From NCBI GenBank assembly GCA_027593235.1, contig JAQCIU010000013.1:1-64000 (forward strand): DNA of 64,000 nucleotides. Reading direction: 5' to 3'. Source of the stretch: Chloroflexota bacterium (GTDB taxonomy: Bacteria > Chloroflexota > Dehalococcoidia > UBA2979). The stretch's first letter is position 1, and each line of letters starts with the position of its first letter. A program made the position numbers and the translations under genes. Below, one piece after another: positions 46,656 through 55,732 of this stretch. The notes under the pieces were generated by a model. It ran no database searches. It worked only from the letters and a program-made list of their open reading frames with translations, and was not told the origin of the DNA.

Positions 46656-47903
46656 CTAGTGTAACTGTCCGGCCTTGGTAAGTCGTAAAAAGCGGTGCCG
46701 TCCGACGCGAATTTCATCGCCCGGTTTCACCGGCAGCGTGAACTCATCGACGCGTTCGCCGTTCACGGACACGGCACCCTGGCCAACGAGCCGGCGGACC
46801 TCGCCGTTGCTGCTGGCGAGGTCCGCGCCGGTGAGCACGTGGTGCAACGGCTGTTCGCCATCGACCTCGTACTCCGGCATCTCCTCGGGAGTTTCCTGGC
46901 GCTGGATCGTGGCCTCGAAGTAGGCCTGCGCGTCGGCGGCGGTGCCGTCATCGGAGAAGACGGCGACGATCTCGCCGGCGAGCCGCTTCTTCGCCTCCAT
47001 CGGCGGGAGCGTCCCGTCGTCGACGGCCTCGGCGATCTGGTGCACCGCGGCCGGGGTGAGCGGAGTCACCAGCGTGAAGAAGTCGAGGATCACCTCGTCG
47101 GGGAGCGACATCACCTTGCCGTACATGTCGTTCGGCGGCTCGTTGATCCCGATCGAGTTCCCGGTCGACTTGGACATGCGCTGCGTGCCGTCCGTGCCAA
47201 CGAGGATCGGCAGCGTGATCACAACCTGCGGCCGCTGCTCGTTGTCGCGCTGGAGCGTCCGTCCGGCCATGAGGTTGAAGAGCTGATCGCTGCCCCCAAC
47301 CTGGACGTCGGTTTCGAGGACGACGGCGTCCTGGGCTTGCATGATCGCGTACATGAATTCGCTGAGGTAGATGGCGTCGTGGTTCTGCCAACGCTTGGCG
47401 AAGTTGTCCCGTTCGAGGAACTGGGCGACGGTGAACTTCGAGGTGAGGCCGACCACGTCGGCGAAGGTGAGCTTGCCCAGCCAGTCCGCGTTGTAGCGGA
47501 CGGTGGTGCGTTCCGCGTCGAGGATCCGGAAGGCCTGATCGGCGTAGCTGCGACCGTTCTCAGCCAGGCGGTCGGCGGTGATCATCGGGCGGCCCTTGTC
47601 CTTGTCGGACGGATCGCCGACGAGGCCGGTGAAGTTGCCGATCAAGAACGTGACGTCGTGGCCGAAGTCCTGGAACTGGCGCAGCTTGCGCATCGGCAGG
47701 GTGTGGCCGAGGTGCAGGTCAACCGAGGTGGGGTCGAAGCCGGCGTAGACCTTAAGCGGGCGATCCTCTTCGAGGCGTTCGCGCAGCTCGGCTTCCATGG
47801 TGGTGTGGGTGCGGTCATCGCCGTACTCGACGCCGCCGAGGAGCACCGAGAGCTGCTCTTCGACCGGAGCCATCTGGCGCGGCTTTGGTTTGCTGGGGGT
47901 CAT
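46656..47903 (-). CDS. tyrS: Tyrosine--tRNA ligase
   Basis: GFDPT..LHLGH, GGSDQLFN, RMSKS, C-terminal S4 domain. Confidence 0.97.
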   Translation of the reverse strand: MTPSKPKPRQMAPVEEQLSVLLGGVEYGDDRTHTTMEAELRERLEEDRPLKVYAGFDPTSVDLHLGHTLPMRKLRQFQDFGHDVTFLIGNFTGLVGDPSDKDKGRPMITADRLAENGRSYADQAFRILDAERTTVRYNADWLGKLTFADVVGLTSKFTVAQFLERDNFAKRWQNHDAIYLSEFMYAIMQAQDAVVLETDVQVGGSDQLFNLMAGRTLQRDNEQRPQVVITLPILVGTDGTQRMSKSTGNSIGINEPPNDMYGKVMSLPDEVILDFFTLVTPLTPAAVHQIAEAVDDGTLPPMEAKKRLAGEIVAVFSDDGTAADAQAYFEATIQRQETPEEMPEYEVDGEQPLHHVLTGADLASSNGEVRRLVGQGAVSVNGERVDEFTLPVKPGDEIRVGRHRFLRLTKAGQLH

Positions 47904-48823
47904 GCGAACCACTCACGGGTGGCGACGAGGTCGCGATCGATCTGGGCGCGGAGCGCGTCGATGCCATCGAACTTCTGCTCGGAGCGGAGGCGGTGGAGGA
48001 GCTCGACGGTGACGACATCTCCGTAGAGATCGCCTTCGAAGTCGAGGAGGTGGGTCTCGACGAGACGCTTCGGCTCGCCCTCGAAGGTGGGGCGCACGCC
48101 GATGTTGGTGCAGGCGTGCAACTCGCGGTCGCCGACGTGGGCGCGGGTGACGTAGACGCCGTTGGGCGGGAGCCAACGGTCGGCGCTGACGCCGACGTTG
48201 AGCGTGGGGAAGCCGATCTGACGCCCGCGTTCGTCGCCATGGAGCACGGGGCCACGGAGCAGGAAGGGATGGCCGAGCAGGTCGGAGACGGACTCCATCT
48301 CCCCGGCCGCCAGCGCCTCACGGACGCGGGTGCTGGAGACGCGGTCATCACCATCGCCGAGGAGTGGGATCGGCAGCACCTCGAACCCGAGCTGCTCGCC
48401 GATCGCGGTCAGCACGGCGACGGTGCCCTCGCCGCCGCGTCCGAGGCGGAAGTCCTCGCCAACGACGAGGAGGCCCATCCGGGCCTCTTCGACGAGCAGG
48501 CGGCAGAAGTCGAGCGCGGAGACCTGTTGCAGCTCCGAGGTGAACTGGAGCACCGAGACGAAGTCCAGGCCGAGGCCGCGAAGCAGTTCGACGCGGCGTT
48601 CGAGTGATTCGAGGTAGCTGATCTTCACGTCCGGGCGGACGACGGTCAGCGGATGCGGGTGGAAGGTGACGACGCCGCCGCCGAGGCCGCGCGAGCGCGC
48701 TTCCTCCAGCATCCGGGCAATCAGCATCTGGTGGCCGCGGTGGACGCCGTCGAACACACCGATGGAGAGCGCGTGCGCTCCCGGTGTGACGCTCGCCTGG
48801 AGCTCTTGGCGGACCAGCAACAC
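47900..48823 (-). CDS. ribF: Bifunctional riboflavin kinase/FAD synthetase
   Basis: IGVFDGVHRGH, VSSTRVR, GRQIGFPT, NIGVRPT, VETH. Confidence 0.96.
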   Translation of the reverse strand: MLLVRQELQASVTPGAHALSIGVFDGVHRGHQMLIARMLEEARSRGLGGGVVTFHPHPLTVVRPDVKISYLESLERRVELLRGLGLDFVSVLQFTSELQQVSALDFCRLLVEEARMGLLVVGEDFRLGRGGEGTVAVLTAIGEQLGFEVLPIPLLGDGDDRVSSTRVREALAAGEMESVSDLLGHPFLLRGPVLHGDERGRQIGFPTLNVGVSADRWLPPNGVYVTRAHVGDRELHACTNIGVRPTFEGEPKRLVETHLLDFEGDLYGDVVTVELLHRLRSEQKFDGIDALRAQIDRDLVATREWFA

Positions 48824-48918
48824 CGGTGGCAGACCCTTTCGCAGTCGAACAATATACCCGCGTTCGAGAGTGGGAAGTGACGAAATCGTACCATCGCCGG
48901 CCCGCAGGGCAGAGCGGA

Positions 48919-49881
48919 TCAGACGCCGGTGAACTCCTCGGCAAGCTCACCGAGATCGGGGATCACGGCGCCCTCGATCTTCACGAGGTCGATATCACCG
49001 AAGCGCTCGGATTGCGTCGCTTCGAGGTAGCGCGACTTGATCAGTTCGAGGATCGCGAGGAAGTCGACGATCACGGTGACGCGTGAGGTCGCGTTTTCGA
49101 CGAGGCGGCGGAAGCTGGTGCGCTGTTCGCGCTCCAGGAGATCAACGATGCTGCGCAGTCGATCGCGGAGGCGGATGCGCTCCATGACGATCGTTCCGAC
49201 CGGCTCCTCCTCGGGCAGCCGGTCCATCACTTCACGGAGCACCTCGACGAGTGAGTCGAGGGTGACACGATCGAGGCCGGTTGGGAGCGTGACCTCGGGC
49301 GGCGCGACCTCGCGGCGATAGGTCTGGTGACCGGTGTCACGCTCGCGGAAGAACTCGGCGGCTTCCTTGAAGCGCCGGTACTCGCGCAGCGCCTTGACGA
49401 GGTCTTCGGGTTCGTCATCGTCGACCTCCGGATCCTCTTCTTCGACCGGCAGCAGCGCGCGTGATTTGAGCAGGAGCAGGCGCGCGCCGATCGCCACGAA
49501 GTCCGCGAGCGCACCGAGGTTGATCTCCTCGGCGGCGCGCAGGTAGGCGAGGTATTGCTCCGTCACGCGCAACAGCGAGATCTCGGTGATGTCGAGTTCG
49601 TTGCGCTCGATCAGGTGGAGCAGCAGATCGAGCGGGCCCTCGAAAGCGCCGTCGAGCAGCGGGACGTTGAGCTGGAAGGCAGGCTCGACCGTGGTCTCGT
49701 CGTCCGGGTCGGGCGCAGCCACGGCAGCGGGATCCTCGGAGGCCGCGCCGTCGTCGATCGTGACCGCCTGGGCGGCGCTGTCCTCGATCGTGGGCGCCGG
49801 GGCGTCGCTGTCCTCGGTGGCGGCGACCGCGGCGGGAGCGTCGCGATCGTCGGTGGCGGGCCCGGCGGGCTCGTTGGTCAT
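48919..49881 (-). CDS. scpA: Segregation and condensation protein A (kleisin)
   Basis: FEGPLDLLLHLI, LLLKSRALLP, FLAILEL; acidic N-terminal extension. Confidence 0.93.
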   Translation of the reverse strand: MTNEPAGPATDDRDAPAAVAATEDSDAPAPTIEDSAAQAVTIDDGAASEDPAAVAAPDPDDETTVEPAFQLNVPLLDGAFEGPLDLLLHLIERNELDITEISLLRVTEQYLAYLRAAEEINLGALADFVAIGARLLLLKSRALLPVEEEDPEVDDDEPEDLVKALREYRRFKEAAEFFRERDTGHQTYRREVAPPEVTLPTGLDRVTLDSLVEVLREVMDRLPEEEPVGTIVMERIRLRDRLRSIVDLLEREQRTSFRRLVENATSRVTVIVDFLAILELIKSRYLEATQSERFGDIDLVKIEGAVIPDLGELAEEFTGV

Positions 49882-50276
49882 GAGGTGGTCCCGGTCGCGG
49901 CTTCCTGGCGCTCGATCAGATCGGCGCGCAAGCGGCGGGCGCCGCGCAGGTAGATGTGCTGCAACTCGGCGTTGGAGCGTTCGGTGTTCACGTGCATCAG
50001 GATCCGGACGCAGCGGCTCAGCGAGCCGGGGACGTTCATGTCGTGGAGGCATTGCAGGGCGACGTCGGTCCAGCCGTCCTCGCGAGCGGCAACGGCCGGG
50101 AACTCGGCGTTGAGATCGACGGTGGTGGTGAAAATGATCGAGGCGACGTGATCGTGCTCGATCTGATTCGCCTCGACGATCGCCGATAGCAACTCGCGGG
50201 TCGCTTCGAGGATCTCCTCGCGAGAGTTGGATTCCACGGTGGTTGCACCGCGGATGCCGCGGACCATCATCGTCAC
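49878..50276 (-). CDS. aroH: AroH-type chorismate mutase
   Basis: VRGIRGATT, DLNAEFPA, SL.RCVR, HIYLRGA..LR.D. Confidence 0.94.
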   Translation of the reverse strand: MTMMVRGIRGATTVESNSREEILEATRELLSAIVEANQIEHDHVASIIFTTTVDLNAEFPAVAAREDGWTDVALQCLHDMNVPGSLSRCVRILMHVNTERSNAELQHIYLRGARRLRADLIERQEAATGTTS

Positions 50277-50292
50277 GTTGCGCGTCTCCCCG

Positions 50293-51117
50293 TTAGCCGT
50301 TGGCCGCGACGGGCGACCGTCCACTCATTCGTTCGCAAAAGGCACGCACCAACGCGGCGCGTTCGTCCCGGGGCGCATCGCGCACGAGGTTGACGAACGC
50401 GCTGCCGACGATCGCGCCATCCGCGATGCTCCCGACTTCCCGCACGTGCTCCGGCTCCGAGATGCCGAAGCCGACGGCGAGCGGCAGGTCCGTGTGGCGG
50501 CGCACCCGAGCGAGGAACTCCGCGAGACCTACAGCCATCTCCTGACGCGCGCCAGTGACGCCCGCCAGGCTGACACAGTAGACGAAGCCGCCGGCGTGTT
50601 CGGCAACCACCTGGAGCCGCGCCTCGGTGGAGGTGGGGGCGACGAGGTAGATCACGGGGAGTCCGGCGGCGCGCGCCGGCCCTTCGACCTCGGCCGCCTC
50701 GTTCGGCGGCATATCGACGACGATCAGCCCATCGACGCCCGCGGCGACGGCATCGCGCACGAAGGCGTCGCTCCCATAGGCGAGCAGCGGGTTGATGTAG
50801 CCCATCACGATGATCGGGATCTCGATGCCGCGCGCGCGTAGATCGCGCACCGTTGCGAAAACGGTGGAGGCGTTGACGCCCTGGAGCAGGGCCTCGTGGT
50901 AGGCCTGCTGGTTGGTAGCGCCATCGGCGAGCGGGTCGGAGAACGGGAGGCCGAGTTCGATCGCATCCGCGCCGCCGGCGATGGCGGCCTCGATAATCTC
51001 GGCGGTCGCATCGGCCTCGGGCCAACCGGCGGGCACGAACGGCATCAACGCGGGGCGGCCTTCGGCGCGCGTCCGGGCGAACATCTCGGCGATGCGATCG
51101 GGACGGTCAGCGGTCAA
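50293..51117 (-). CDS. trpA: Tryptophan synthase alpha chain
   Basis: ELGLPFSDPLADG, MGY.NP, GVTG, VGFGIS, DGAIVGSA; the TTG start overlaps the upstream stop. Confidence 0.96.
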   Translation of the reverse strand: MTADRPDRIAEMFARTRAEGRPALMPFVPAGWPEADATAEIIEAAIAGGADAIELGLPFSDPLADGATNQQAYHEALLQGVNASTVFATVRDLRARGIEIPIIVMGYINPLLAYGSDAFVRDAVAAGVDGLIVVDMPPNEAAEVEGPARAAGLPVIYLVAPTSTEARLQVVAEHAGGFVYCVSLAGVTGARQEMAVGLAEFLARVRRHTDLPLAVGFGISEPEHVREVGSIADGAIVGSAFVNLVRDAPRDERAALVRAFCERMSGRSPVAANG

Positions 51118-51875
51118 TTGAGGACCCCAATCACGGTCACGATAAGGCTCACGGTGTTGATGATGAAGTGCGCGGTGATGCTCACCCAGAGCGAACCGGA
51201 TGCCTTGAAGGCCCATGCGAAGAGCATGCCGATGATGGTGAACGGCAACAATACGGCGAGATTGACGTGGAACGCACCGAACGCGAGGCCACTGACCGCA
51301 ATCGCCGCCCAACTCGGCCAGACGCCGTCCAGTGCGCGAAAGAGCAATCCGCGGAAGAAGATCTCTTCCGCGAGCGGCGCGACGGCGACGACCGCGACGC
51401 CGAAAATGACGAGCAACCCGACGAGCGGAAGGGTGTCGGAGCCCTCATCGATCGGGATCGAATTGCCGCCCTCGAAGATGCCGGTATCGACACCCAGCTC
51501 GTGGAGCGCCTGGATGGCGATCCCGTAGCCGAGCAGCACGGAGTACGACCCGGCGACGGCGATGCCGACAGGCGCCCAGCGATCAGGGCGCCGAAACCCG
51601 AGCTGGGCAAGGTTGATGTGGCGCCGCCGTGCCAGCATGAGGACGGACAGCCCGAAGAAGACCTCGAACGCGATGGTGAAGATCGCGGCCGCGAAGTCCT
51701 GGCCGTCCCCTTTGAGATCGAGCGCGGTGACGAAGGCGACGAGGAGGGTGGAGATCAGCACGAACCCGGCGACCAGGATCCCCATTCCGATCAGCGGATC
51801 GCGCCCACGCCAACCGGCCTTGGGGACGACAGGGGGCGCACGAAACGCAGTGGCGACCGGAGGTTCGGCGAACAT
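51114..51875 (-). CDS. CPBP (Abi/CAAX) intramembrane metalloprotease
   Basis: EEIFFRG, FGAFH, AHFIIN; multi-TM. Confidence 0.92.
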   Translation of the reverse strand: MFAEPPVATAFRAPPVVPKAGWRGRDPLIGMGILVAGFVLISTLLVAFVTALDLKGDGQDFAAAIFTIAFEVFFGLSVLMLARRRHINLAQLGFRRPDRWAPVGIAVAGSYSVLLGYGIAIQALHELGVDTGIFEGGNSIPIDEGSDTLPLVGLLVIFGVAVVAVAPLAEEIFFRGLLFRALDGVWPSWAAIAVSGLAFGAFHVNLAVLLPFTIIGMLFAWAFKASGSLWVSITAHFIINTVSLIVTVIGVLN

Positions 51876-51945
51876 CGTCTGAGCGTATCAGCGAGTCCGG
51901 ATGCGGGATCACGCGGCGAACACGACCGAGCGATACGTTGGCGCG

Positions 51946-52623
51946 ATGTCACAGCTCGTGTCGGTGGTGATCCCCGCGTTGAACGAAGCCATGGTGATCC
52001 GACGGGCGGTGCGGAGCGCGCTGGTTGCCGGCGCCTGCGAGGTCATCGTGGCTGACGGCGGCTCGACCGACGGGACCGTCGCAGCGGCGATCGAGGCGGG
52101 GGCACGGGTGATCGCGGCACCTCGGGGGCGGGGGCCGCAGCTCAATGCCGGCGCCGCCGCGCGCGGGGGCGACGTGCTGCTGTTCCTGCACGCGGACGCG
52201 CTGCTACCGGCGAACGCGGTTCAACAGATCGAAGTGGCGCTGGCCGATCGAGGCGTGGTGGGTGGGAACTTCCGGATTCACTTCGGGACCGGCCGACACG
52301 CCCGATTCCTGGCAGCGTTCTACCACGTGATCCGCCAGCTCACTGTGTACTACGGCGACTCGGCGATCTGGGTGCGTCGGGAGCACTTCGCGGCGATCGG
52401 CGGGTTTCCGCCGTACCCGCTGATGGAGGACTTGAAGCTGGTGCAGCTCCTGCGGAAACGCGGGCGGATGGCGTACCTCGATGGTCCCGTGCACGCGTCG
52501 CCGCGGCGCTGGGAGCGTGGCGGGCTGCTGCGAACGTGGGCGAGCTGGGTAGTGATCCAGACGCTGTACTTCTGCAACGTCTCGCCGCCGCGGCTGGCGC
52601 GGCTGTACCGGCACATTCGATAA
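51946..52623 (+). CDS. GT2 glycosyltransferase, TIGR04283-like (rSAM/arsenosugar-associated)
   Basis: SVVIPALNE, DGGSTD, GRG.QLNAGA, LFLHAD, YGD, PLMED, SPRRW. Confidence 0.88.
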   Translation: MSQLVSVVIPALNEAMVIRRAVRSALVAGACEVIVADGGSTDGTVAAAIEAGARVIAAPRGRGPQLNAGAAARGGDVLLFLHADALLPANAVQQIEVALADRGVVGGNFRIHFGTGRHARFLAAFYHVIRQLTVYYGDSAIWVRREHFAAIGGFPPYPLMEDLKLVQLLRKRGRMAYLDGPVHASPRRWERGGLLRTWASWVVIQTLYFCNVSPPRLARLYRHIR

Positions 52624-52657
52624 CAACTCAGCGACGAAGCAGGACTAGGGTCGGCGG

Positions 52658-53125
52658 ATGAACCAGGGGACCGGGGCCATCTTCGTCGTGGGGTTGATCG
52701 TGTTGATCGCGGCCGGCGTCTTTGCGTTCGGGCTGGCGGGTGGCAGTACCACGATCACACCCGGGCCCCCGGAGCTGGGGTTCGAGTCCATCCCCACGGA
52801 TGGATCGGCGGTGGTGGCCAGCAGCTCCCAGAGCGGTGGGTTGAAGCTGCTGGGCGTGCGGTTCCACCAGCCGGACTACACCCTCAATGTGGCGCTGGCC
52901 GTGCCGGAGAGCTGCCTGGTGGACGACGGCAGCGGGCACGAGCGGCTGCGCGCCGATGGGGAGTGCGCCGACCTCCCGGTCTCGGGCGCAGTGAGCGGCG
53001 GCGGCGTGACGGCGGGTGGCGACCGGATCGTGCAGATCGCGATCGTGGTGTCGCGCGCCTGCCACGAGGCGATTGCGCTGGGCGCGGCGTGGCCGAGTGA
53101 CCTCAAGGTTTGCCGGGCGGCGTGA
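52658..53125 (+). CDS. Hypothetical membrane-anchored exported protein with 4 Cys
   Basis: N-terminal TM helix, beta-rich body, four Cys; TAGGGT 6 nt before the ATG. Confidence 0.7.
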   Translation: MNQGTGAIFVVGLIVLIAAGVFAFGLAGGSTTITPGPPELGFESIPTDGSAVVASSSQSGGLKLLGVRFHQPDYTLNVALAVPESCLVDDGSGHERLRADGECADLPVSGAVSGGGVTAGGDRIVQIAIVVSRACHEAIALGAAWPSDLKVCRAA

Positions 53126-53213
53126 TTGCGGGCGGGGTGACGCCGCTCACGGCACAGCGAGCGAGGCGCTGGCAGGCTCGACCGTGCACCCGATCGAGGG
53201 CGAACGGAGCCGC

Positions 53214-54188
53214 GTGACGAGCATCGAGTCGATCTACTGGGTCTTCACGCACAACTGCAATCTGCGGTGCGCGCACTGCTACAACGACTCGCGGCCGGGC
53301 GCCCCGACGATCACGCAGGCGGAAGCCGATGCGGTCCTCGGGCATCTGCCGGAGGTGGCGAACCGCTTCATCCTGTCGGGCGGCGAGCCGCTGGTAGAGC
53401 TGGAGCTGCCGCTCCACCTCGTGAGGTCGGGACGCGCGAGGTACCCGCACGCGCGGGTCGCGCTGCAGACGAACGGTGATGTGCTGGATCGTTCGACGCT
53501 CGACGCGCTGACCGTGGCGGGCGTCGATAGTTTCTCGATCTCGTCGTACGACCAGTTCCACCCGCGGCCGGCGGGGAAGTTCGAGGGCCTTCGATCGTTG
53601 TTCGCAAGCGCAGGGGTAGTGGAGCGGCAGGTGGGGGACCCGGCGGAGAACCGGCCGGGTGGTGACGCGGAGTCCGAGGTGAGTTTCACGGTTTGGGGCG
53701 CAAACCCGGAGCTGTGGGTCGGTGGAATCTGGCCGCGCGGGCGAGCGATGAAGTACGGGCTGGCGCAGCTCATGCCGGAACACAACTTCTGCGATCGCTG
53801 GTCGGGCGCGCTGGGGTTCCTGGATGACGGTTCCGCGCAGCAGGAGGTGTCGATCCAGCTCACCTCGGTGTATCCGTGCTGCCCGGGGACGGTGGAGCCG
53901 TTGGGGGATCTCGCGGAGGAATCGCTGACCTCGATCCTGGCGCGGCACCGCGGGGATCCGATGTGGGCGGCGCTGAACCGCGGCGACCCGGCGGCGATGG
54001 GGGCGCACGCGGGGTTCGATCGGGGGGCAGCCCTCGAGCGAATCGAGGCGCTGGGGTCGGTCTGTCTCTGGTGCGACGAGTACATGACGGAACGGGTGCG
54101 GGCGCGGGGCGATCGTGCGGAGGAACTGCCCGTCCAGGGCGAGCGGCGGCTGGTCCCGATCGCGACGATCGAGGGCGGCGCGCACTGA
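53214..54188 (+). CDS. Radical SAM protein with C-terminal auxiliary Cys motifs
   Basis: CNLRCAHC, SGGEP, QTNG, then NFC, YPCC and CLWC. Confidence 0.9.
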   Translation: MTSIESIYWVFTHNCNLRCAHCYNDSRPGAPTITQAEADAVLGHLPEVANRFILSGGEPLVELELPLHLVRSGRARYPHARVALQTNGDVLDRSTLDALTVAGVDSFSISSYDQFHPRPAGKFEGLRSLFASAGVVERQVGDPAENRPGGDAESEVSFTVWGANPELWVGGIWPRGRAMKYGLAQLMPEHNFCDRWSGALGFLDDGSAQQEVSIQLTSVYPCCPGTVEPLGDLAEESLTSILARHRGDPMWAALNRGDPAAMGAHAGFDRGAALERIEALGSVCLWCDEYMTERVRARGDRAEELPVQGERRLVPIATIEGGAH

Positions 54189-54256
54189 CTGGCTCCGACT
54201 CAAACCGATTGGCGCTGACTCGCGCCGAACCGTAAGGGGCGACGTAGGCTGCGGGC

Positions 54257-54964
54257 ATGACGAGCGAACCTCGAGGGCCGGCGATCGGCGTGCTCACGCG
54301 GTACCCGGAGCGCGGGCGCGGGAAGACGCGCCTGGCGGCGGCGATCGGCGCGGACGCGGCGTACGCGCTGGCGCGGGCGATGCTGCTCGACGTCTGCGAC
54401 GCGGTGCGGGCGACGGCACTCTGCCACCCGACGGTATTCGTCGAACCCGCGGAGGCGATCGACGACACAGTGGAGCTGACGGGGATCCTCGATGTGCGCG
54501 CGCAGGCGAGCGGCGACATCGGCGCGCGGATGCTCGCGGCGACCGCGTCGCTCGCCAGCGACGGATACGGCCCGGTGATCCTCGTGGGATCCGATCTGCC
54601 GTGGTTGGAGCCGGGGCGATTCCATCACGCACTGCGGGCGCTGCGGCGAGCGGACGTAGTGTTCGGGCCGGCCGCGGACGGTGGCTACTACCTGATTGGG
54701 ATGCACCGGCCACTCGCGGCGCTCTTCGAGGGTGGCGCGATTAGCTGGGGTGGGCCGAGCGTCCTCGATGCTTCGATCGCGGCGGCGCGACGGGTGGGGC
54801 TCGACTATGGGCTGCTGCCGGAGGGGTTCGACGTGGACACGGCGGCAGACCTCGATCGGTTGCGGGACGAGCTGGCGCGTCGCGCGATCGACGGCGAGGC
54901 GTTGCCGCGACACACGGCGGAGGCGCTGGAGGCACTGGACGCGCTCGGCCTCGGGGGCGGGTGA
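54257..54964 (+). CDS. TIGR04282/DUF2064-like glycosyltransferase (CofC-like fold)
   Basis: GKTRL, QASGDIGARM, VGSDLP, GPAADGGYYLIG, DVDT..DL. Confidence 0.88.
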   Translation: MTSEPRGPAIGVLTRYPERGRGKTRLAAAIGADAAYALARAMLLDVCDAVRATALCHPTVFVEPAEAIDDTVELTGILDVRAQASGDIGARMLAATASLASDGYGPVILVGSDLPWLEPGRFHHALRALRRADVVFGPAADGGYYLIGMHRPLAALFEGGAISWGGPSVLDASIAAARRVGLDYGLLPEGFDVDTAADLDRLRDELARRAIDGEALPRHTAEALEALDALGLGGG

Positions 54965-54992
54965 TCCGCCGCGGCGCGCCGAGGATTGCCGA

Positions 54993-55708
54993 TCAGAACG
55001 TGTAGCCGAGAACCTCGATGTCGGAGCGATAGATCTCGGCGACGCGCTGGCTGGTGCCGGCGTCGTAGTAGGCCGTGTAGTGATCGAAGCGGTCCTTTGC
55101 TCGGAAGGCGTGGCCGGCGAGACGGAATCGCCGCAGCCAGAGCGCGTACGCGAACTGCATGGCTCGCACCCGGCGGTAGGCGTACTGGGCCAGCTCATCC
55201 GAGGAGTTGAGGTGGGGCAGCGACGCGGCAGTCCGAGGGCATCGCAGACCTCGAATAACTCGGGCGCGAGGTTCTCGAAGCGAATCAGGCGATCGACGAT
55301 GACGTTGCCGGAGTCGTCGCAGACGAAGTCGGTCTGCGGGCGGACGAAGTAGTGGAGGCGCTCCCACAGTTCGCCAGCGAGTAGCTCGTTCACGAAGACG
55401 GCGAAGGGGACGTGGATCGCGAGGTAGCGATACATGGAGACCACGCGCGCCCACGGGTTCCGGACCGTCGCGAACGTGAGGTAGTCGTCGAACATCGCCT
55501 GCGGGAGGTACTTGAGGCGCACATAGTCCGCGGCGGTGAGGTGCGACAGGTACGGCGGGCCGAGCGTCGGATCGCTGTTCGGGGTAATCAGCAGTTGTGG
55601 CGCGCGCTCCCAATCGATGCCGAGCGCGTCGGTGAAGGCGTGCTCGATGCTCTCGCCCGCGGCCTTCGGAACATGAACGAACACGCAGCGATGGTGATGG
55701 CTGATCAT
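54993..55708 (-). pseudogene. Sulfotransferase family 2 protein with a 1-bp frameshift near 55228
   Basis: FVHVPKAAG.S, VRNPWARVVSMY and IRFENL in one frame; LPHLN..YY...IYRSDIEVLGYTF in another. The span is 716 nt, one short of 239 codons. Confidence 0.82.
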
Positions 55709-55732
55709 GAGAGGGGTCGGTCGCCGATCGGG

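Noticed and set aside
53214-54188. Naming the radical SAM gene arsS
   Set aside because: The neighbouring transferases fit, but the sequence around the CxxxCxxC motif and the C-terminus do not resemble ArsS as I recall it; an HMM search is needed.
54200-55708. 502-aa sulfotransferase fusion protein
   Set aside because: An artefact of the frameshift; the proper C-terminus is in another frame and ends at 54993.
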